Origin: Botryllus schlosseri
Taxonomy: Eukaryota
DNA length: 64,000 bases
Direction of reading: 5' to 3'
Assembly (NCBI GenBank): GCA_051294905.1
Contig: CM119372.1
Span: 36,334,001-36,398,000, forward strand
Part shown: positions 61,203-64,000 of the stretch, piece by piece
How positions within the stretch are numbered: position 1 is the stretch's first letter
Layout: each line of letters starts with the position of its first letter
Translations under genes and position numbers: made by a program
Notes under the pieces: model-generated
What the model saw: the letters and a program-made list of their open reading frames with translations, nothing else
Databases searched by the model: none
What the model was told of the DNA's origin: nothing

Positions 61203-61401
61203 GCAATTGAATAGTATATTCATATTGAAATAAACCCGAATATTTTCGGCTGACATTCGTCAGGGGTAATCGTCAGCAACTAGTAGAGAATTGGTTGTTG
61301 CTGACGATTACCCCTGACGAGTGTCAGCCGAAAATATTCGGGTTTATTTCAATATGAATATACTATTCAATTGTATAGTGAAGTTCTGTACCTCCAAGAA
61401 G
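61203..61401. mobile_element. Penelope-like inverted element (copy F, best preserved)
   Basis: Near-perfect ~75-bp inverted arms around a short spacer, a ~30-nt unpaired 3' tail, and flanking CTCTTTAATCGT / CTCTTTAAACGT duplication. Confidence 0.8.
61310..61343 (+). ncRNA. Minimal type I hammerhead ribozyme motif
   Basis: ACCC-CUGACGA-G(UGUCAGC)C-GAAA-AUAUUC^-GGGU: complete catalytic core, stem I ACCC/GGGU, 1-bp stem II, palindromic AAUAUU stem III, predicted UUC cleavage after 61339. Confidence 0.7.
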
Positions 61402-64000
61402 CTCTTTAAACGTTGTGATATAATCAACATTCGTTAACAAGTGCCTCCCCTAATCCTCATAAAAAATGACGTCGAATAGCCAGTTTACCACTTCCAATTT
61501 TTTAGTCGGGAACATACATCATCGTCCTTATTACTAAATTTGATAAATAATCGCTCGTTATAATTGTTATCTTGAAATAATCAACTACCTAGCAAAGCCC
61601 TGTATGTGTGATAATGATAATAGCTGGAGAGATCACATAGGCCACATGGAGAAATCAGGGCGGTAGGCGTACTGGTTCACTCCGACCTCGAATATTTGGT
61701 GTTCTGAAGATCCATAATCGGACATACCGTTACGCCCAACACTATGGATGGGTGGATCGACGTACCATAAGCTCGCGAACTAGATAGGGAATTTCTAAGC
61801 CGGTGAGTATGTTCTCTGTGGTGACATTTGCATTCGTGGCTCGTTCGATATATCATTAACATCGACCACGATTCGTCCAAAATAATCCCGAGCTCCCAAG
61901 ATATATTGGGTGTGTTCATGTTCACTCATGTCAAGTCCCATGTCCCAACCATATAGAGATTTAGGCCTACGCAGATGCACCTTATGGTAGCTGTCTTCCA
62001 CTCCGCCTTTTCCAAATCTATTTTCGCCAAACTACTATAAAGATGCATGGTGATGTCGAGTTCAGTTGTAATAACATCATGTGCAAGCAAGTTGATGGTT
62101 GTTGCCTCGAGATCTCCACTCGACTCCATGCCGACTTTACATCTAATACGATAGGTGGGGTTTCACGGAAAGAAATTGTTCGCTAGTACAGATCGGCTAT
62201 TAATGTACCCTACTATCGCAACGTATAGATGACGCGTTTGTCGTGTTGAAAAAAGGGGCTCAATGTTAGGGTTTACCCTATTTTGGAATCCGGAAAGGAG
62301 GACACCTCCTGTTACAAATCATAAAAAGTCCGATAATACTGTACCGATTTGTGCTGGAAATCATGTTGTGTTGACTAAAAAAAACGGTCAGCTTTCCGAC
62401 TCGACTCCATAATTACTCACTGTTTTACGGTACTGCTTTGGTGTCTGCTAAACAAAAATATAATTTCTCCAGTCTTGCTCCCGAATGGCACGCTCTAACG
62501 TCCGCATTTCAGGTCTCGTGTCCTTTATGGCGTTTTTTAGGTGAGCCTGAGCATGTCCATTAGCAAAAGGAGGATGCATTTCTAAAAAAGGGGACATTTA
62601 GGCGTACTCTGAGACATTTTCGATGTCCTGAAAAAGTAGGACATATGGTAACCCTATTCAATATGATTAATTCAATGACGTTTAGCCATTTTAGAACTTT
62701 TGTTGAAGTATCACAATTCGTCATAGTTTTTGGAAGATGGAGAACAATTTTGTTACATCGGTTTATCGAAACTGGAAAGTCTAGCCTACTTTACATTCAA
62801 TGGCCCGCCCAATAACATTTGTGGGATTCATTGTGCCAGTTGAGACGTGAAATGACCATTTCAATTCTTGTCGAAGTCAGTGAGCTCCATGAGCTGGCCT
62901 GGCCCTCCGTTTACGGCGTTCCGTAGCAATCCTACGATAAAAGGACTTAAACGCAAAATTTCATAACACTTTTCATTTCTAACCAAACGTGTCGAGATCT
63001 CGAGAACGCGTAGGCTATATGAGGTTAGAGAAAATCAGCTTTGTTGTCGCGAGACTACTAACTGTCCTGCGGGAAGCTTTTGTAGTTGAGATATATAAGT
63101 TGATAATATATGATCAACATATTATTATTACCGACCGCATGATTACAACAAATATTACAGATATAATTTTTAAAAGTGACCGAATCGATCGCTATAACTG
63201 ATGTTATGCAATGTCCCAACGTAATCACTGGTTGCGGTTGCTTGTCTCAAGTTTAAATTGTCACTTATTACTTTGACAAAGTATTTTATTCGTCAGATTA
63301 TATTTCGTCTACCAAACACACTCACTAAATGCGATATACAAGACTCAATGCGATGTAATGAACAGATAGGAGGGTGCCGAGACGGCCAGCTACTGTTTCT
63401 TGATCTGGCATCAACCTTGGTCTAGTGCCCGATGCGATGTCATCGTCTTTTTCATGTTCATTTTTTATTCGCGGTTCTTTTTAGTCGCACTTTCTTCCTC
63501 TTGCTTTTCTTTCGTTCTTCATCGGGTCTTAACAACAGCAACATGTGGGACGAGAAGCCCAGAATAATATCCGACAGCGGGACTTGAACCCGGGCTGACG
63601 CCCGGCATTTCGCTATCCCCCCACGGATGACTACCGCAGTCGATGGTAAGTTTATTTTGTGAACTGGTCCATTCACTCATTGCTGTCTGTGTGAACTGTG
63701 AAGCATGTTCTGAGTGGTGCGCCATAATAAAAATGACGCCTCCCACACTTTATTGAGATTTAGATTTGTATTAATGCAATGCCGATTCCAAGCACGCGGT
63801 AATGAAGCAAGGATGTGGCAGGTAGGGCATCCACCGTAACTGCAGCCATCTTATCACGCAAATAACTCGATGCACTGTGGTAACCCCACGCATGGAAGAA
63901 GCAGAAGACCCTCGCTTTGAATGATAGATTAGAAGGATTTCTCATCTCGGTGTTATATTGACTGACATTTACCGAAATTTTGTAGCGTAACAATTCGTTA

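Noticed and set aside
61795..62031. Possible minus-strand terminal exon (FGENRFGKGGVEDSYHKVHLRRPKSLYGWDMG...)
   Set aside because: It looks protein-like, but I recognise no homology and cannot link it to other exons. It needs RNA-seq or BLAST.
63500..63645. Minus-strand B-box (GGTTCAAGTCC) with a nearby CCGATGA..CGAAA hammerhead-like string
   Set aside because: Single copy, no convincing A box or cloverleaf, and the core lacks CUGA and closing stems.

Overview
Repeat-dense, AT-rich eukaryotic genomic DNA from an animal. It is probably a marine invertebrate deuterostome such as a tunicate, which is an inference from gene similarity and repeat types. Five conserved genes can be read directly: OS9 (5' part, minus strand, runs off the left edge), GATD1/FERRY5 (2 coding exons, minus), RNF25 (single coding exon), MOSMO (single coding exon) and PSMG1/PAC1 (7 coding exons over 13.5 kb, ending in an HbYX motif). 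The ORF track missed or fragmented OS9, PSMG1 and a 3-exon gene at 7456-8382. That gene encodes a 91-aa secreted, very cationic precursor with two exon-duplicated 4-cysteine modules and processing/amidation signals, and is a candidate new host-defence peptide. There is also an isolated coiled-coil ORF resembling the N-terminus of BEL/Pao Gag. Much of the rest is mobile DNA: more than 20 non-autonomous hAT elements with 8-bp TSDs (including nested, self-nested and ~2-kb foldback copies), a PIF/Harbinger derivative, a TA-specific element, CR1/L2-group LINE fragments and tRNA-derived SINEs. Six short Penelope-like inverted elements carry minimal hammerhead-ribozyme motifs, one with an intact core. 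All homology calls come from recognising sequence by eye; no searches were run.
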